NCBI RefSeq assembly: GCF_963921235.1
Contig: NC_086097.1
Coordinates: 219,854,001-219,918,000 of the forward strand
Source of the DNA: Mobula hypostoma
Taxonomy: Eukaryota
Length of the DNA: 64,000 bases
Reading direction: 5' to 3'
Below the pieces are notes generated by a model. That model made no database searches and was not told where the DNA came from. It saw only the letters and a program-made list of their open reading frames with translations. A program made the position numbers and the translations under genes. This document shows positions 40,522 through 54,445 of this stretch, in pieces; the stretch's first letter is position 1; the number at the start of each line of letters is the position of its first letter.

Positions 40522-40679
40522 TATTTTCTCTGCAAAGTGGTGAGTGTCATTAGTACCAGTAAGTCTAATTAACAAGTGAGTGGGACATGAAGGAAATCAG
40601 GGTGAGTGGAATTTATTAGTTGTTTTAGTGATGTCTCTTCAATTGCCTATGTTCAAATATAATTGAACTTGTTAAATAT

Positions 40680-41400
40680 CAGAATCAGAATCAGGTTTAA
40701 TATCACTGCCATATGTTGTGAAATTTGTTGTTATGCAGCAGCTGTACATTACAATACATAATAAAAAACTGTAAAATACAGTAAGTATGTATATTTTAAA
40801 AATTAAATCAAATTAATTGTGAAGAAAGAGAAAAAAATATTATGGTAGTGTTCATGGGTTTAATATCCATTCAGAAATCCAGTGGCAGAGGGCGAAAAGG
40901 TGTTCCTGAATCATTGAGTGTGTGCCTTCAGGCTTCTGTACTTCACTCTTGATAGTAGCAATGAGAAGAAGGCATGTCCTAGATCATGGAGACTCCATAA
41001 TGATGGACGCCGCCATTTTGAGGCGCTGCTCCTGGAAGGTGTCCTGGGTGCTGGGGAGGCTAGTACCCATGATGGAGCTGAGTGAGTTTCTGCAGCTTAT
41101 TTCAATCTTGTGCAGTGCTTCCGCGCCACCACCCCACCCCCCCCAACACCATACCTGACAGTAATGCTCATCACCATACATCTGTATGAATATGCAAGTG
41201 TCTTTGGTAACATACTGAGTCTCCTCAAACTCCTAATGAAACAAAGCTGTCTTCTTTGTAACTGTACTGATATGCTGGGCCCAGGATAGATCCTCAGAGA
41301 TTATTGACACCCAGGAACTTGAAATTGCTTACCATTTCCACGACTGAGCCCTCGATGAAGACTGGTGTGTGTGCCCTCGTCTTACCTTTTCTGAGCCCCT
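40680..41400 (-). mobile_element. Rex/Babar/L2-type LINE 3' part
   Basis: (CAGAAT)n tail on +; HTPVFIEG...NFKFLGVN on the minus strand; same family as 14085-15178. Confidence 0.85.
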
Positions 41401-42747
41401 TCCTGATCTGTGCCCTACTGTCACAAGAAAAATAACAGCATGGAAATGTGGTAGTTAAATTAGCGTGCTGCGACATTGATACTCCCATGGATACACCAGC
41501 GTAGTTTTGAATAAATGCTGCTTGTTCTAATTTTGTTTATTTCTTTGCCTAATGAGTACAAGGGTCAGTCTGCAACTTCAGGAAAGACACTTGTGTGAGA
41601 AATTTCTTACCAGCAGCAACTATAAAGTCATTTATTTTATTCTGTGTAACTGTCAGGGTTTCAACCTTGTCAGAGAACATTTTAGCAACCTCACTAATCA
41701 AAGTATACATCTGAAGGCCTTCAGGCTTAATTGTTCTCAGCGCCAGGTTTTCTGAAAGTTAACATATTCCACTGAGATGGAGATGCGCCATCTTAAAAGG
41801 CAGTTGAACACTGATTAAAATCGAGCCCCAAGAAAATAGCACTAAGCCTCTGTCTCACCGCTGTAATGGGAATTGATTTTTTCCCCTCAGTCTCTGATTG
41901 GATAGATTCTTCCCGCCTGAAGACTCGATGCGCTGTCTTGAAACTTGTGTCAATAATATTAACATGGAGAAGGAATATAAATCTTACTGACAGAAAACTG
42001 ATGTTCACATCTGAGTGCCTGTATTAGTGAAACCCATGCAATATGCATTAGTAATCCGACAAGTTGGTAACGGGTTACTTTGAAAGTTGAATAAGTAACT
42101 TCAGCTCTGCAAATTTTGCTAAGGTCACACTGAGAATGGCTTCAAAAGACTGGAACTAACAACTTCGGTGTGCCAATGCACTGAATGTAGAAATAAAACA
42201 CATTTTCCATTTGCCTTCAACTCTTCTCTCAGAAAGTAGTGTGTCGTACTGGGCTATGTTATAATCAACACCGAACTGTCTGCAGTTCTGCCATTGTACC
42301 AGTCTCGACAATATGACCCCAGTCTGCTTAATAATCATCTCAGGTTTTTGTTGGGGCAATTGGACCGCTCATCCATCTGTGAAACAGGAAATGTGGCCAC
42401 GGCAGAACCGAGCCCCCATTTTATTTCAGAGAATGGGAGAACGAGGAACTGGGCAAGAAATCACAGTCACAATGAATTGCACTTTATCCTTAATATGTCA
42501 TCCCAAACTTCATTTGCATAAATTAACACCAGCATCAGGACAGTCCACAGGATGACTATTTCTTGATTCTATCTAAACCCATAACGATAAATACCTGCAC
42601 AGAAACAGCACCCCATTTCCACAGAAGCCAGCGTAGTAACAAGATCATAATTAGTGTCACTATCTGGTGTGAGGATATTCAGCAAAAATCTCTGTAAAAG
42701 TTTCTCATTTCACTTTATCAAATAGAAAATCGCTTATGCAGCATATA

Positions 42748-43726
42748 CAGTGTATTCCAGGTAATTGAGTCATCGGTTAATCGGGACAGCCGCTTATTTG
42801 AGACAACTCCTAAAGAACAAAAACTAATCAAGAAAATAGCCAGCAATCCCTTCATTTACTTGGCTTGAAGATACCAGAAAAGGCCGTGAGTGAAAATGGA
42901 ACTTCTCACTACTTCAACAAGTTAGGAATATGAACAGTTTGAAAGTATCGAGAAAACTGCCTAGCAGATTACCGTCACCCAATTGCCCACCATTGAGAAC
43001 ATCCACCATAAATGCTGCCTGGGCAGGGCGAAAAGCATTATCAAGGATGCATCTCACCCTAATCATGGACGTTTTACTCTCCTCCCATCCGGAGCCTCCA
43101 CTCCCATACCAGCAGGCACAGGAAGAGCTTCTTCCCTGAGGCTGTGACCCTGCTGAACTTCACATCACAGCGCTAAGCAGTATTGCACCCATATTGTACT
43201 GTCTTAGTACTTTTATATTTGTGTGCTGTAGCACTTACTTTTTATTCGCAGTTATTTTGTAAATAACACTATTCTTTGCATTTCTGGTCAGATGCTAACT
43301 GCATTTCATTGGCTTTGTCTCTGTACTCGGCACAATGACAATAAAGTTGAATCTAATCTAATCTAAATCTAATCATTTTGAATGTCACAATGAAAAAGAA
43401 GATTTGGAGCATGCATTTGTAGATAGTATTGTATGAAGGCAGTCCATTACCTGCAGTAGGTGTCTGCACTGATTTTGTTCATTGTGTACACTGGATGAAT
43501 TCCTCCATCGATAACTATTAGGAAGTAATACACTATTTTACAGTACTGTAGTACTATTGGTAGTGTTCTAATTTGTTCTGTATTTCATATAAATACATAA
43601 TTTGTTACTCATTTTGTCCTTTATACACCTTAGCTATTTCCATGAAATTTTGGCTAATTGGGATGGGCGCTTAATTGAGCCAAAATATAACGGGTCCCAA
43701 TGTGTCCCAATTAACTATATCCACTA
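42748..43726. mobile_element. Second copy of the pogo/Tigger-like element, opposite orientation, with nested LINE 3' end (~42955-43372)
   Basis: ta-cagtgtattccaggtaattg ... cccaattaactatatccacta-ta; the nested part is near-identical to 25015-25421. Confidence 0.75.
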
Positions 43727-44166
43727 TACTGACTAATTTTATATATGTGCTTCATGAAGTGACACTGTGGTTAACTGACACAATACTGGTTGCAAATTTT
43801 ACACAAATCAATAATATTCTTCAAAACTGAAAAGAGAATGAGGATATCATTGTCAGTGTCTTTAATTGCAATGTTAGGTGAATACAGTCAAGTTATTCCA
43901 AAAGCTGAAAAGAAATGGCCTTCTCTCTGGGAAGCAACCCTTCATTCTGGTTTGACTGTCCTTGTGGATCTCAAAATTCCTTTGCCTTTGAAGGTCATGT
44001 ACCAAACTTATTTGCAGGGAAATATTGTGCAGCTTTTCAGAAAATCTGGTACATCTTTTCTGGTTACCAGCTGAAATCAAACTCTTGCAGCTGGCCTGTA
44101 CTCTTAAAACAAGCTGTGATCAAACATTACTCACATAGTTCACACAAACCTTGTTCATCTTTCCAG

Positions 44167-44296
44167 CAAACTGCTTCGTAAGAAGGAAGATGGAACTGGT
44201 GATGCCCAACAAACAAACTATCTACCTAAATATGAAAGAGTAAAGGAGGTCTGCCAACAGGCAAAGTACCAAACAGCCTGCGAACAACCTGGACAG
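44167..44296 (+). CDS. SULF1: Sulf-1 coding exon (130 bp), start of hydrophilic domain
   Basis: tttccag|C AAA CTG...GGA CAG|gtaaat; [43 protein letters not shown]. The next expected exon (KWQC...) was not seen before 64000. Confidence 0.93.
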
Positions 44297-45532
44297 GTAA
44301 ATGACAGTAATCATGAATGAGACTATGCTGTGCCTGGTTGTAGATCTACAGCTTAATATCAGGGAACAAATTAAAGTATTGTGTAAAGCATTAGAGAACG
44401 AATGCATGACCGGTATAGGAAATGAGATGAGGGGCCACTCACCATTAGCATCAATGTTCAATTTATTTTGCTGGTCTCTTTGAAGCTTTATGTCAGTTGC
44501 TTGGTGATTACAGCAATCACACAGCTACTACCCGTTGTTTGCCAATTTGTTGAAGTTTGAAGTTGTTTAACATAAAAGCATTAACTACAAAGACCAGGTT
44601 GTAAACTTAATTATAGCTTCAATTATGCCATGTGATCACCACCAATTCCCTGAGCACAGATGTCATAAGCCACCTGCAAGCAGAACATAAAACAGCTATG
44701 GCTCTGAGAACAGAGTCTTTGATGTTATTATTCCAATACCAAATATATAATTGTTTTGTATTCTTTAAGATTGATTCCTAAGAAGCCTCTAGGTTGGTCA
44801 CCAAAACTTATGCCATCTAGGCCAATTCTTTTGTACAATGATATGTTTCATTTATCTTGAGAGAAGAGATTAAACCGAGGGCTCAATCAGCTCAAACATC
44901 CCGATTCCTTGGCAGTAATTGAAATGAAGAAGAATTCAAAGATTCAAAGTCCGTTTATTCTCAAAGTAAGTATGCAGTATCCAACCCTGAAATTCGTCTT
45001 CCCACTCATCTTTCATTGGGAATTCTCCCTCTGCCAGGTGAACATGGGTCCATAGCCTATCCATAAATATATATATGCGTGTGTAGAATTAATGCACAAT
45101 TTTTGGCAAGATTTGTCTGACTTGTGTTATTTAAATAGGTTTAGGAAAGGCCTTAGTTCAGAACATTTTTCCACAGTGCAGATACTTCTGCTCTTTAAAT
45201 AGGGTCTCCATTACTTGGATTATGATACTGAGTCCAATGAATGGATTGTGTAGCAGGTAAATATGGAAGACTTTGTTTTTACTGCTTAATTCTCGCCCAC
45301 TAACGTGGTGATTATTTATGACCATTATACCCCCGCCAAATGACATAAAAGACCAACCCATCCATGTTCTCACCAGCAACGGGTCACATCTGGGATCTTG
45401 CTCAATTCTGCCAGCTGACCATATCTGATCCACAAAGTGCCAGAACCACTTTCCTTCACTCATGCTCCAATCCCTAATCCATCATCCACCTAATTTCTCA
45501 TTTTTGCTCCACAATGCCCTTAACTCCTGTGC

Positions 45533-46880
45533 ATAGACAATAGGTGCAGTAGTAGGCCATTCAGCCCTTCGAGCCAGCACCGCCATTCACAGTGATCATG
45601 GCTGATCATCCACAATCAATACCCTTTTCCTGCCTTCTCCCTATATCCCTTGACTCCGCTATCTTTAAGAGCTCTATCTAACTCTTTCTTGAAAGAATCC
45701 AGAGAATTGGCCTCCACTGCCTTCTGAGGCAGAGCATTCCACAGAACCACAACCCTCTGAGTGAAAAAGTTTTTCCTCAACTGCATTCTAAATGGTCTGC
45801 CCCTTATTCTTAAACTGTGACCTCTGGTTCTGGACTCCCCCAACATCGGGAACATGTTTCCTGCCTCTAGCGTATAATATATAATCTTATATGTTTCAAT
45901 CAGATACCCTCTCATCCTTCTAAATTTCAGTGTATACAAGCCCAGTCGCTCCAATCTTTCAGCATATGACAGTCCCGCCATTCTGGGAATTAACCTCGTG
46001 AACCTATGCTGCACTCCCTCAATAGCTAGAATGTCCTTCCTCAAATCTGGAGACCAAAACTGTACACAATACTCCAGGTGTTGTCTCACCAGGGCCCTGC
46101 ACAACTGCAGAAGGACCTCTTTGCTCCTATACTCAACTCCCCTTGTTATGAAGGCCAACATGCCATTAGCTTTCTTCACTGCCTGCTGTACCTGCATGCT
46201 TACTTTCAGTGACTGATGAACAAGGACACCTAGATCTCGTTGTACTTCCCCTTTTCCTAACTTGACACCATTCAGATAGTAATCTGCCTTCCTGTTCGTG
46301 CCACCAAAGTGGATAACCTCACATTTATCCACATTAAGCTGTATCTGCCATGCATCTGCCCACTCACCCAACCTGTCCAAGTCACCCTGCATTCTCATAA
46401 CATCCTCCTCACATTTCACACTGCCACCCAGCTTTGTGTCATCTGCAAATTTGCTAATGTTACTTTTAATCCCTTCATCTAAATCACTAATGTATATTGT
46501 AAATAGCTGCGGTCCCAGCACTGAGCCTTGCGGTACCCCACTAGTCACTGCCTGCCATTCTGAAAGGGACCCACTAATCCCTACTCTTTGTTTCCTGTCT
46601 GCCAACCAATTTTCTATCCATGTCGGTACCCTACCCCCGATACCATTTGCTCTAATTTTGCCCACTAACCTCCTATGTGGGACCTTATCAAAGGCTTTCT
46701 GAAAGTCCAGGTACACTACATCCACTGGCTTTCCCATGTCCATTTTCATGGTTATGTCTTCAAAAAATTCCAGAAGATTAGTTAAGCATGGTTTGCCCTT
46801 CGTCAATCCATGCTGACTCGGACCTATCCTGCTACTGCTATCCAAATATGCCGCTATTTCATCTTTTATAATTGATTCCA
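45533..46880 (-). mobile_element. CR1 LINE, 5'-truncated, long open RT frame
   Basis: ORF 45616-46926 with QHGLTKGKPCLTNL, YLDFQKAFD, GVPQGSVLGP, FADDTK. Confidence 0.93.
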
Positions 46881-47639
46881 TAGACATGCTTGGCACATAC
46901 AAGATTTGCCCTGACACCTCAGCCATTGCCAGTCATTATGAATTCTGCTTCAACCGTTGTTTCTGATTGGAAACATGTTGCCTTAATGACCTTGACTTCC
47001 ATTCTGTTTGATCCTCGTTATTATTCTGATGATTACCCCAGGAAAATTGCATTCATCAAGTCAGCTTTTGCAGTTTCCCTCAGACTCTTTCCTCTACACA
47101 CCCCACCCCTCCATTAAATATTTTGGAGGCCATTCCCTTCATTTCTCTAATTATTCTATGCTTACCAAATTTTAATTACACTTTAGATTTTCTCTTAAAC
47201 CTCTTGAGTTGAATTAATGGAATTTCAGATTTTGAGTATCTACTGGAACTAAATCAATTCATCTCTAGAGGAGGAAGCCCGGCCAATGCTTTGTTTCGCT
47301 AAAATCATTAGGAATGACCGCTTCAAGGAGTTATCATGCATTCCACTCCTGTGCCAACTTTCTGCACAGAGTACAGTGGCTTCCGACAGCAATATAATGA
47401 CCAAAGTACCTAAACGTTATTGAGATCCCCTTTATACACCATTCAAGGTTTTGTAGTGTTAATTAGAGGCAAGGCAATATCAGAAGGTAGTGGAAAATCG
47501 CAACAGGTCTGGCAGCGTTAATAAAAGAGAAACAGTCAATGTTATAGAGTCATAGAGAAACAGACCTTTGACCCATCTAGTCCATTTCAAACTATTTATT
47601 ATTCTGCCTCGTCCTACATCAAGCTGCACCTGGACTATT

Positions 47640-48812
47640 GTCATAGTCATACTTTAGTAATCCCGGGGGAAATTGGTTTTCGTTACAGTTGCTCCATAAA
47701 TAATAAATAGTAATAGAACCATAAATAGTGAAATAGTAATATGTAAATTATGCCAGTAAATTATGAAATAAGTCCAGGACCAGCCTATTGGCTCAGGATG
47801 TCTGACCCTCCAAGGGAGGAGTTGTAAAGTTTGATGGCCACAGGCAGGAATGACTTCCTATGACGCTCAGTGCTGCACCTCGGTGGGATGAGTCTCTGGC
47901 TGAATGTACTCCTGTGCCCACCCAGTACATTGCGTAGTGGATGGGAGACATTGACCAAGATGGCATGCAACTTAGACAGCATCTTCTTTTCAGACACCAC
48001 CGTGAGAGAGTCCAGTTCCATCCCCACAACATCACTGGCCTTACGAATGAGTTTGTTGATTCTGTTGGTGTCTGCCACCCTCAGCCTGCTGCCCCAGCAC
48101 ACAACAGCAAACATGATCGCACTGGCCACCACAGACTCGTAGAACATCCTCAGCATCGTCCGGCAGATGTTAAAGGACCTCAGTCTCCTCAGGAAATAGA
48201 GACGACTCTGGCCTTTCTTGTAGACAGTCTCAGTGTTCTTTGACCAGTCCAGTTTATTGTCAATTCGTATCCACAGGTATTTGTAATCCTCCACCATGTC
48301 CACACTGAACCCCTGGATGGAAATAGGGGTCACCGGTACCTTAGCTCTCCTCAGGTCTACCACCAGCTCCTTAGTCTTTTTCACATTAAGCTGCAGATAA
48401 TTCTGCTCACGCCATGTGACAAAGTTTCCTACCGTAGCCCTGTACTCAACCTCATCTCCCTTGCTGATGCATCCAACTATGGCAGAGTCATCAGAAAACA
48501 TCTGAAGATGACAAGACTCTGTGCAGTAGTTGAAGTCCGAGGTGTAAATGGTGAAGAGAACGGGAGACAAGACAGTCCCCTGTGGAGCCCCAGTGCTGCT
48601 GATCACTCTGTTGGACACACAGTGTTGTAAGCACACGTACTGTGGTCTGCCAGTCAGGTAATCAAGAATCCATGACACCAGGGAAGCATCCACCTGCATC
48701 GCTGTCAGCTTCTCCCACAGCAGAGCAGGGCGGATGGTGTTGAACTCACTGGAGAAGTCAAAAAACATGACCCTCACAGTGCTCACTGGCTTGTCCAGGT
48801 GGGCGCAGACAT
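47640..48812 (-). mobile_element. Young Rex/Babar-type LINE nested in a CR1 fragment
   Basis: FFDFSSEFNTI, GAPQGTVLSP, FSDDS and KTKELVVD motifs; (GACTAT)n-like tail; CR1 sequence on both sides (~47545-47640 and 48815-49760). Confidence 0.88.
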
Positions 48813-48814
48813 CT

Positions 48815-49770
48815 ATAATGCTCCCCTCCATGTTCCTATCCAAATTTCTCTTAAACATTGAAATTGACCCCGCACCCACCACTTCCTCTGGCAGGTCATT
48901 CCACACTGTCACTATCCCCTGAGTGAAGAACTTCCCTTTCAGATTGACTTTAAATATTTCACCTTTCATCGTTTACCTATGACCTCTAGATCTAATTCTA
49001 ATTCCAGTTCTAATCTCACCCAACCTCAGTGGAAAAAGTCTGCTTGCATTTACCCTATCTATACACCTCATAATTTTGTATAGCTCTATCAAATCTTCAT
49101 TCCCTCAGTCTGCTGCAATCCAGGGACAAAGTTCTAACCTATCCAACCTTATCCTACATCTCAAGTCCCAGCAGCATCTTTGTAAATTTCACTGGACATT
49201 TTTAATCTTATTGATAACTTTCCTGTAGGAAAGTGACCAGGACGACACACAATACTCCAAATTAGGCCTCGCCAACATCTTATACAACTTTAACACAGCA
49301 TCCCATCTCCTGTACTCAGTACTTTGATTTATGAAGGCCTATGTGCCAAAAGCTTTCTTTACATCCTTATCTACCCGTGACGCCACTTTGAAGGAATTAT
49401 GAATCTGTATTCCCAGCTCCCTCTGTTCCACTACATCCCTCAGTGCCCTACTGTTTAATGTACAAGTCGTGCCTTGGTTTGTCCCCATGTATCTGCATTA
49501 AATTCCATCTGCCAATTTTCCATAAGACCATAAGACAAAGGAGCAGAATTAGGCCATTTGGCCCATTGAGTCTGCTCTACCATTTCATCATGGCTGATCC
49601 AATTTTCCTCTCAGCTCCAATTTCCTGCCTTCCCCCATATCTCTTCATGCCCTGACCTATCAAGAATCTATCAACCTTTGCCTTACATATACTGTACATG
49701 AAGGCTTGGCTTCCACAGCTACTTGTGGCAAAGAATTCCACTCTCTGGCATTTTTTGGCCCATTTTTCCA
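48815..49770 (-). mobile_element. Decayed CR1 3' fragments, two nested subfamilies
   Basis: FFTQGIVTVWNDLP motif; second CR1 tail at ~49520-49745. Confidence 0.7.
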
Positions 49771-50224
49771 GCTGAAAAAACGTGTCAAGTGGAATTTTCT
49801 TTGTCAGAGCTGGGAAAGAGAAAAGCTATTAATTTTGAGCTGCGGAGAAAGTGAGTGGGAAGGATAGATATGACACGGTGAGGCCAGAGTTCCCATGGGG
49901 AAGAGTTAATGGAAACTGTTACATGGTTAAAATACAAACAATTGTAAATTATTGCAAAATGGAAGTCACACTGGGTAATGGAGAGAGGGAATTTCACCTG
50001 CAGCCAAAATGACTTTTTGATTTGTTTCTCTTTTCATATTTAAATATTTCTGTATTGTTTTTCTCCTGGCACCTCCTGTTCCAATGGAATGCTCATGCTT
50101 TTCCTGGCCCCACATAAATTTTAAGAAAATTTCAGTTATCCTTGCCAATGAGCCCATTGGGATTGCTGTTTAGGATGCCTGGTGTTCCTTATCAATGAGT
50201 GAACCATTGAGTCTCCCACTGAAA

Positions 50225-51170
50225 ATATTTCCGTGATTTGGTATGTCACCAAAGACACTCGCAAATTTCTACATGGAAAGCATTCTAACTGGCTGAATCA
50301 TTGTCTGGTATGGGGGGAGCACAGCACATGATTTATGTAGGCTGCAGAAAGGTGTAAACTTAGTCAGCTTCATTATGAGCACTGATCTCCCCAGCATCCA
50401 GGACATTTATAAGGAGCAATGCCTCAAACGGGTGGCATCCATCTTGAAGGACCCCCATCACCCAAGGCATGTCTTCTTCTCACTGGGGAGGAGGTACAGG
50501 GTCCTGAAGGCACACGCTCAATGATTCAGGAGTCATTTCTTTCCCTCCGCCATCAGATTTCTGAATGGACATTGAACCCATGAGCACTATCTCACTATGA
50601 ATAAACTCATCTCGGGCTTCCAGACGGGTGCACGCATTGGTTTTAACAGACATTTCAATGACAAACTGTGCCATCTTCATCAGGGATAGTTTGTCATCGA
50701 AACATCAATTAAAACCAGTACTTGTACCCAGCCGAAAGCCCAAGAAGAGCTTATTCATCATATATGCTGGGAAAACACTAGATCCTTTTTTACAACTTCA
50801 CTTCATTTCTTTTGCACTATTTACTCAATTTAAACAATGAAAAAGAAAACCCTTAACTCCAGTGGCGTCATCGGGATGCCATCAATACAACATTGTTTTA
50901 GCAGGCTTTCTTATTTTTATGAGGTCGAGTTGCTAGCTCAATGCTCAACCCAGCACGGATGGAAAGCGTGCAAGGGAGCCAGCTGGATTCGAACTCGGGA
51001 GCATTTGCTCCGAAGTCCAGCACTGATGCCACTATGCCACCAGCCAGCTGAATTTAAATAATATATATACTGAAATTCACAGTTCTTATTATTATATATT
51101 ACAAAGTCCTGCTGCTGCAAAACAACAAATTTCATGACATATACTGGTGATAATAAACCTGATTCTGATT
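50225..51170 (+). mobile_element. Rex/Babar/L2-type LINE 3' part hosting a foldback PLE derivative and a SINE
   Basis: Co-linear with 14640-15178; cctgattctgatt tail. Confidence 0.8.
50597..50795. mobile_element. Foldback element of a second hammerhead-bearing family
   Basis: Arms 50597-50668 and 50688-50758 are imperfect reverse complements; minus strand 50649-50686 reads cCTGATGA-agatggcacagtttgtcatt-GAAA-TGTC. Confidence 0.7.
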
Positions 51171-52169
51171 GAACAGCTGCTCAATGAACTGTTCAGAGGC
51201 TAGATTTAAAAGGCAGCAAGTGGTACTCAGTCCATGATAAAACCAATAATCCTGTGCAGAGTCCAGATCATCTATATATCTGAGGATGTCATATTATAAT
51301 TTTCAGGCTATAACAGCAGCTTCATGTAAATTCTAATACTATATTAACAATTCAGAAATTATTCACATTCACATCGATCAGCGTGGATCAATCCCAAAGG
51401 TAGTCAACTTCTGCCGTAATCAGAAGCAAGTGACAAACACTTCTCTGAATTAAAATGCCTTACTGGAAACAGAATTTTTGAACAAAACCACTATAGTCTA
51501 CTTTATTACATTCCTTTCTATGACCTACAAATACCAAATGTATTTAACTGTAAAATCCGCCTGAATACTTCCATTATAAAAGGATTATCCCAGAAGTATT
51601 AGACTCTTGTGGTTCTATGTAGCAGTTAGTAATTTTCTGCACCGTCCCCTGTGAGTCATTGTGACAGAGCCCTGATAGATTGTGTGCTGCTTGCAATATT
51701 TAGTTCCCTGTTGTTGATACTAAAAAAACTTGTAAGAAAAACCTTCAAATAGAAATTCGTGGGAAATGAAATTGATCATAGTGTTCACCAAACCACTTTT
51801 TGATCCTTTCTTATGTTCAGTTTACAGTGAATACCTTGCGTGACTTTTTAGCTCTTACAGCTGAATTACAGCCGTTTCCTTCAAAGCCTATTTTGAAGGG
51901 TTTGATGGAAGGCTGATATGCATTACGATAGCTGTGAGTCAAGTCGTCCTAAACCTTAAATCACAAAAGAATAAGAGTAAACCAATAAAAATTCTTTCAG
52001 CATCAACTTTCAGCATTCCTGAGGTGTCGTGTGCAATTGAGATTACAGATGAATGTTAGTCTGGGTATGCCTGAAATATATCAAATAATTATTAAACAAA
52101 CATTTCAGTGGCAGAAGCAAACAGTTAAAGTGATTCTGGATGTGAACAAAAATTTGGACATACTGGTAC

Positions 52170-52400
52170 CACACACAAAATGATTGGGGATCTCAGCAGG
52201 CCAGGCAGCATCTATAGATAAAGTAAACAGTAGATGTTTCAAGTCAAGACCCTTCATCAGGAGTGTGCTGATGAAGGGTCTCTGCCTGAAAAGTCAACTG
52301 TTTACTCTTTTCCATGGATGCTGCCTGGCCTGTTGAGTTCCTCCAGCATTTTGTGTGTCTTGCTTTGGATTTCCAGTATCTGCTGATTTTCTCTTTTTGT
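52170..52400. mobile_element. 230-bp foldback PLE derivative with two outward-facing decayed hammerheads
   Basis: ...gacccttcatcagga gtgtg ctgatgaagggtc...; TSD gacatactggtac (52157-52169) / gacatagtgatac (52401-52413). Confidence 0.82.
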
Positions 52401-52879
52401 GACATAGTGATACACTTATCTAACAGGGAGGGACAAGTAGCTTCTGAATTTCCAGATTATGATCTGGTCAGATCTTGATGGCACCTGTTTTATGGCCAAG
52501 AGGAAAGCTAAACTTCTATAGCTAGGTTTACAGACAAAAAGTTCATTTATATAATTATTCTGTTAAATTAAGCCAGTAGAAAAATGGAACATAAAGTCCA
52601 AAACAGTTCAAGGCCAATTCAGGATTGGAGCTGAAAAGCAATTCTTCATCCACGATGAACAGTAACTAAACTGTTCTAGGTAGGCAAACAGATATCACCA
52701 ATCATTCAAGAGATAATTGATCAAGGGATTATCATTTTCCATGGGAACAATAGAGGGGTTGGTTAAATAACCAAATAATCGACTTTTGTTGCACTCAGCT
52801 ACAGGATGTACAAGTAGTAACCTGTCTAATCTTTTATTTTCTGAAACAGTCGGTTGTGAAAATTGATAGATGAAAAGCT

Positions 52880-54445
52880 CCCCAACTCTACACTTTCCAC
52901 AGGGATCGCTCCCTCCATGATTCCCTTGTCCATTCAGCCCTCCCATCTAATCTCCCTCCTCGCACTTCTCCCTGCAAGTGGAAGAAGTGCTACACCAGCT
53001 CAGTCACCTCCTCCCTCAGCTCCACTCGGTGACCCAAATAGTCCTTCCAGGTGAGGACACACTTCACCTGTGAATCTGTTGGGGTCATGCGTTGTGTCCA
53101 GTGGCCTCCTCTACATTGGTGAGACCTGACGTAGATTGGGGGATTGCTTTGTAAAGTACCTTCATTCCATCCGCAACAAGAAGGATTCCCCGGTGGTCAA
53201 CGGTATTAATTCCAATCCCCATTCGTATTCCAACGTGTCAGTCCATGGCCTCCACCACTGCCATGTTGAAGCCACGATCACATTGGAGGAGCAACACCTC
53301 ATATTACATAGAAACATAGAAAATAGGTGCAGGAGTAGGCCATTCGGCCCTTCGAGCCTGCACCGCCATTTATTATGATCATGGCTGATCCTCCAACTCA
53401 GAACCCCGCCCCAGCCTTTCCTCCATACCCCCTGACCCCCGTAGCCACAAGGGCCATATCTAACTCCCTCTTAAATATAGCCAATGAACTGGCCTCAACT
53501 GTTTCTTGTGGCAGAGAATTCCACAGATTCACCACTCTCTGTGTGAAGAAATTTTTCCTAATCTCGGTCCTAAAAGGCTTCCCCTCTATCCTCAAACTGT
53601 GGCCCCTCGTTCTGGACTCCCCCAACATCGGGAACAATCTTCCTGCATCTAGCCTGTCCAATCCCTTTAGGATCTTATACATTTCAATCAGATCCCCCCC
53701 TCAATCTTCTAAATTCCAACGAGTACAAGCCCAGTTCATCCAGTCTTTCTTCATATGAAACTCCTGCCATCCCAGGAATCAATCTGGTGAACCTTCTTTG
53801 TACTCCCTCTATGGCAAGGATGTCTTTCCTCAGATTAGGGGACCAAAACTGCACACAATACTCCAGATGTGGTCTCACCAAGGCCTTGTACAACTGCAGT
53901 AGTACCTCCCTGCTCCTGTACTCGAATCCTCTCGCTATAAATGCCAGCATACCATTCGCCTTTTTCACCGCCTGCTGTACCTGCATGCCCACTTTCAATG
54001 ACTGGTGTATAATATTCTGTTTGGATAGCCTCCAGCCTGATGGAATGAACATCAATTGCTCCAACGTCTTCAATTCTCCCCATCTTTTCTCTTCTCCTCA
54101 CCTGCCTAACTTTTCTCCTTGGTATCCCTCCTCCTTCCCTTTCTCCCATGGTCCACTCTTGTCTCCTATCATATTCCCTCTTCTTCAGCCCTTTACCTTT
54201 TCCACCTATCACCTCCGAGCTTCTTACTTTGTCTCCCCTCCCCCACCCACCTACCTTCCCCCTCACCTGGCTTCACCTATCACTTTCTAGCTTGTACTCC
54301 TTCCCCTTCTCCCTCCCACCTTCTTGTACTGGCTTCTTCCCCCTTCCTTTTCAGTCCTGATAAACCCTAAACGTCGACTGTTTATTTCCCTCCATAGATG
54401 CTGCCTGATGTGCTGACTCCTCCAGCACTTTGTGTGTGTTGCTCT
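52880..54445 (+). mobile_element. Decayed Penelope-like element split by a CR1 insertion
   Basis: HRDRSLHDSLVH, HFTCESVGV and EEQHLI remnants; resumes after the CR1; hammerhead at ~54352-54380 has lost helix II. Confidence 0.85.
53306..54011 (-). mobile_element. Young 5'-truncated CR1 with 5-bp TSD
   Basis: Near-identical to 6448-7135; ATATT duplicated at 53301-53305 and 54012-54016. Confidence 0.92.

Noticed and set aside
47785..48969. 394-aa ORF as an intact gene
   Set aside because: Chance in-frame fusion of a CR1 3' relic (first ~50 aa) with a truncated Rex/Babar-type RT
51650..51942. Two TGAGTCA (AP-1) motifs as an enhancer
   Set aside because: 7-mers occur by chance at this scale; no independent support
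53684..54073. 129-aa ORF with a novel N-terminus
   Set aside because: Read-through from antisense PLE sequence into the nested CR1
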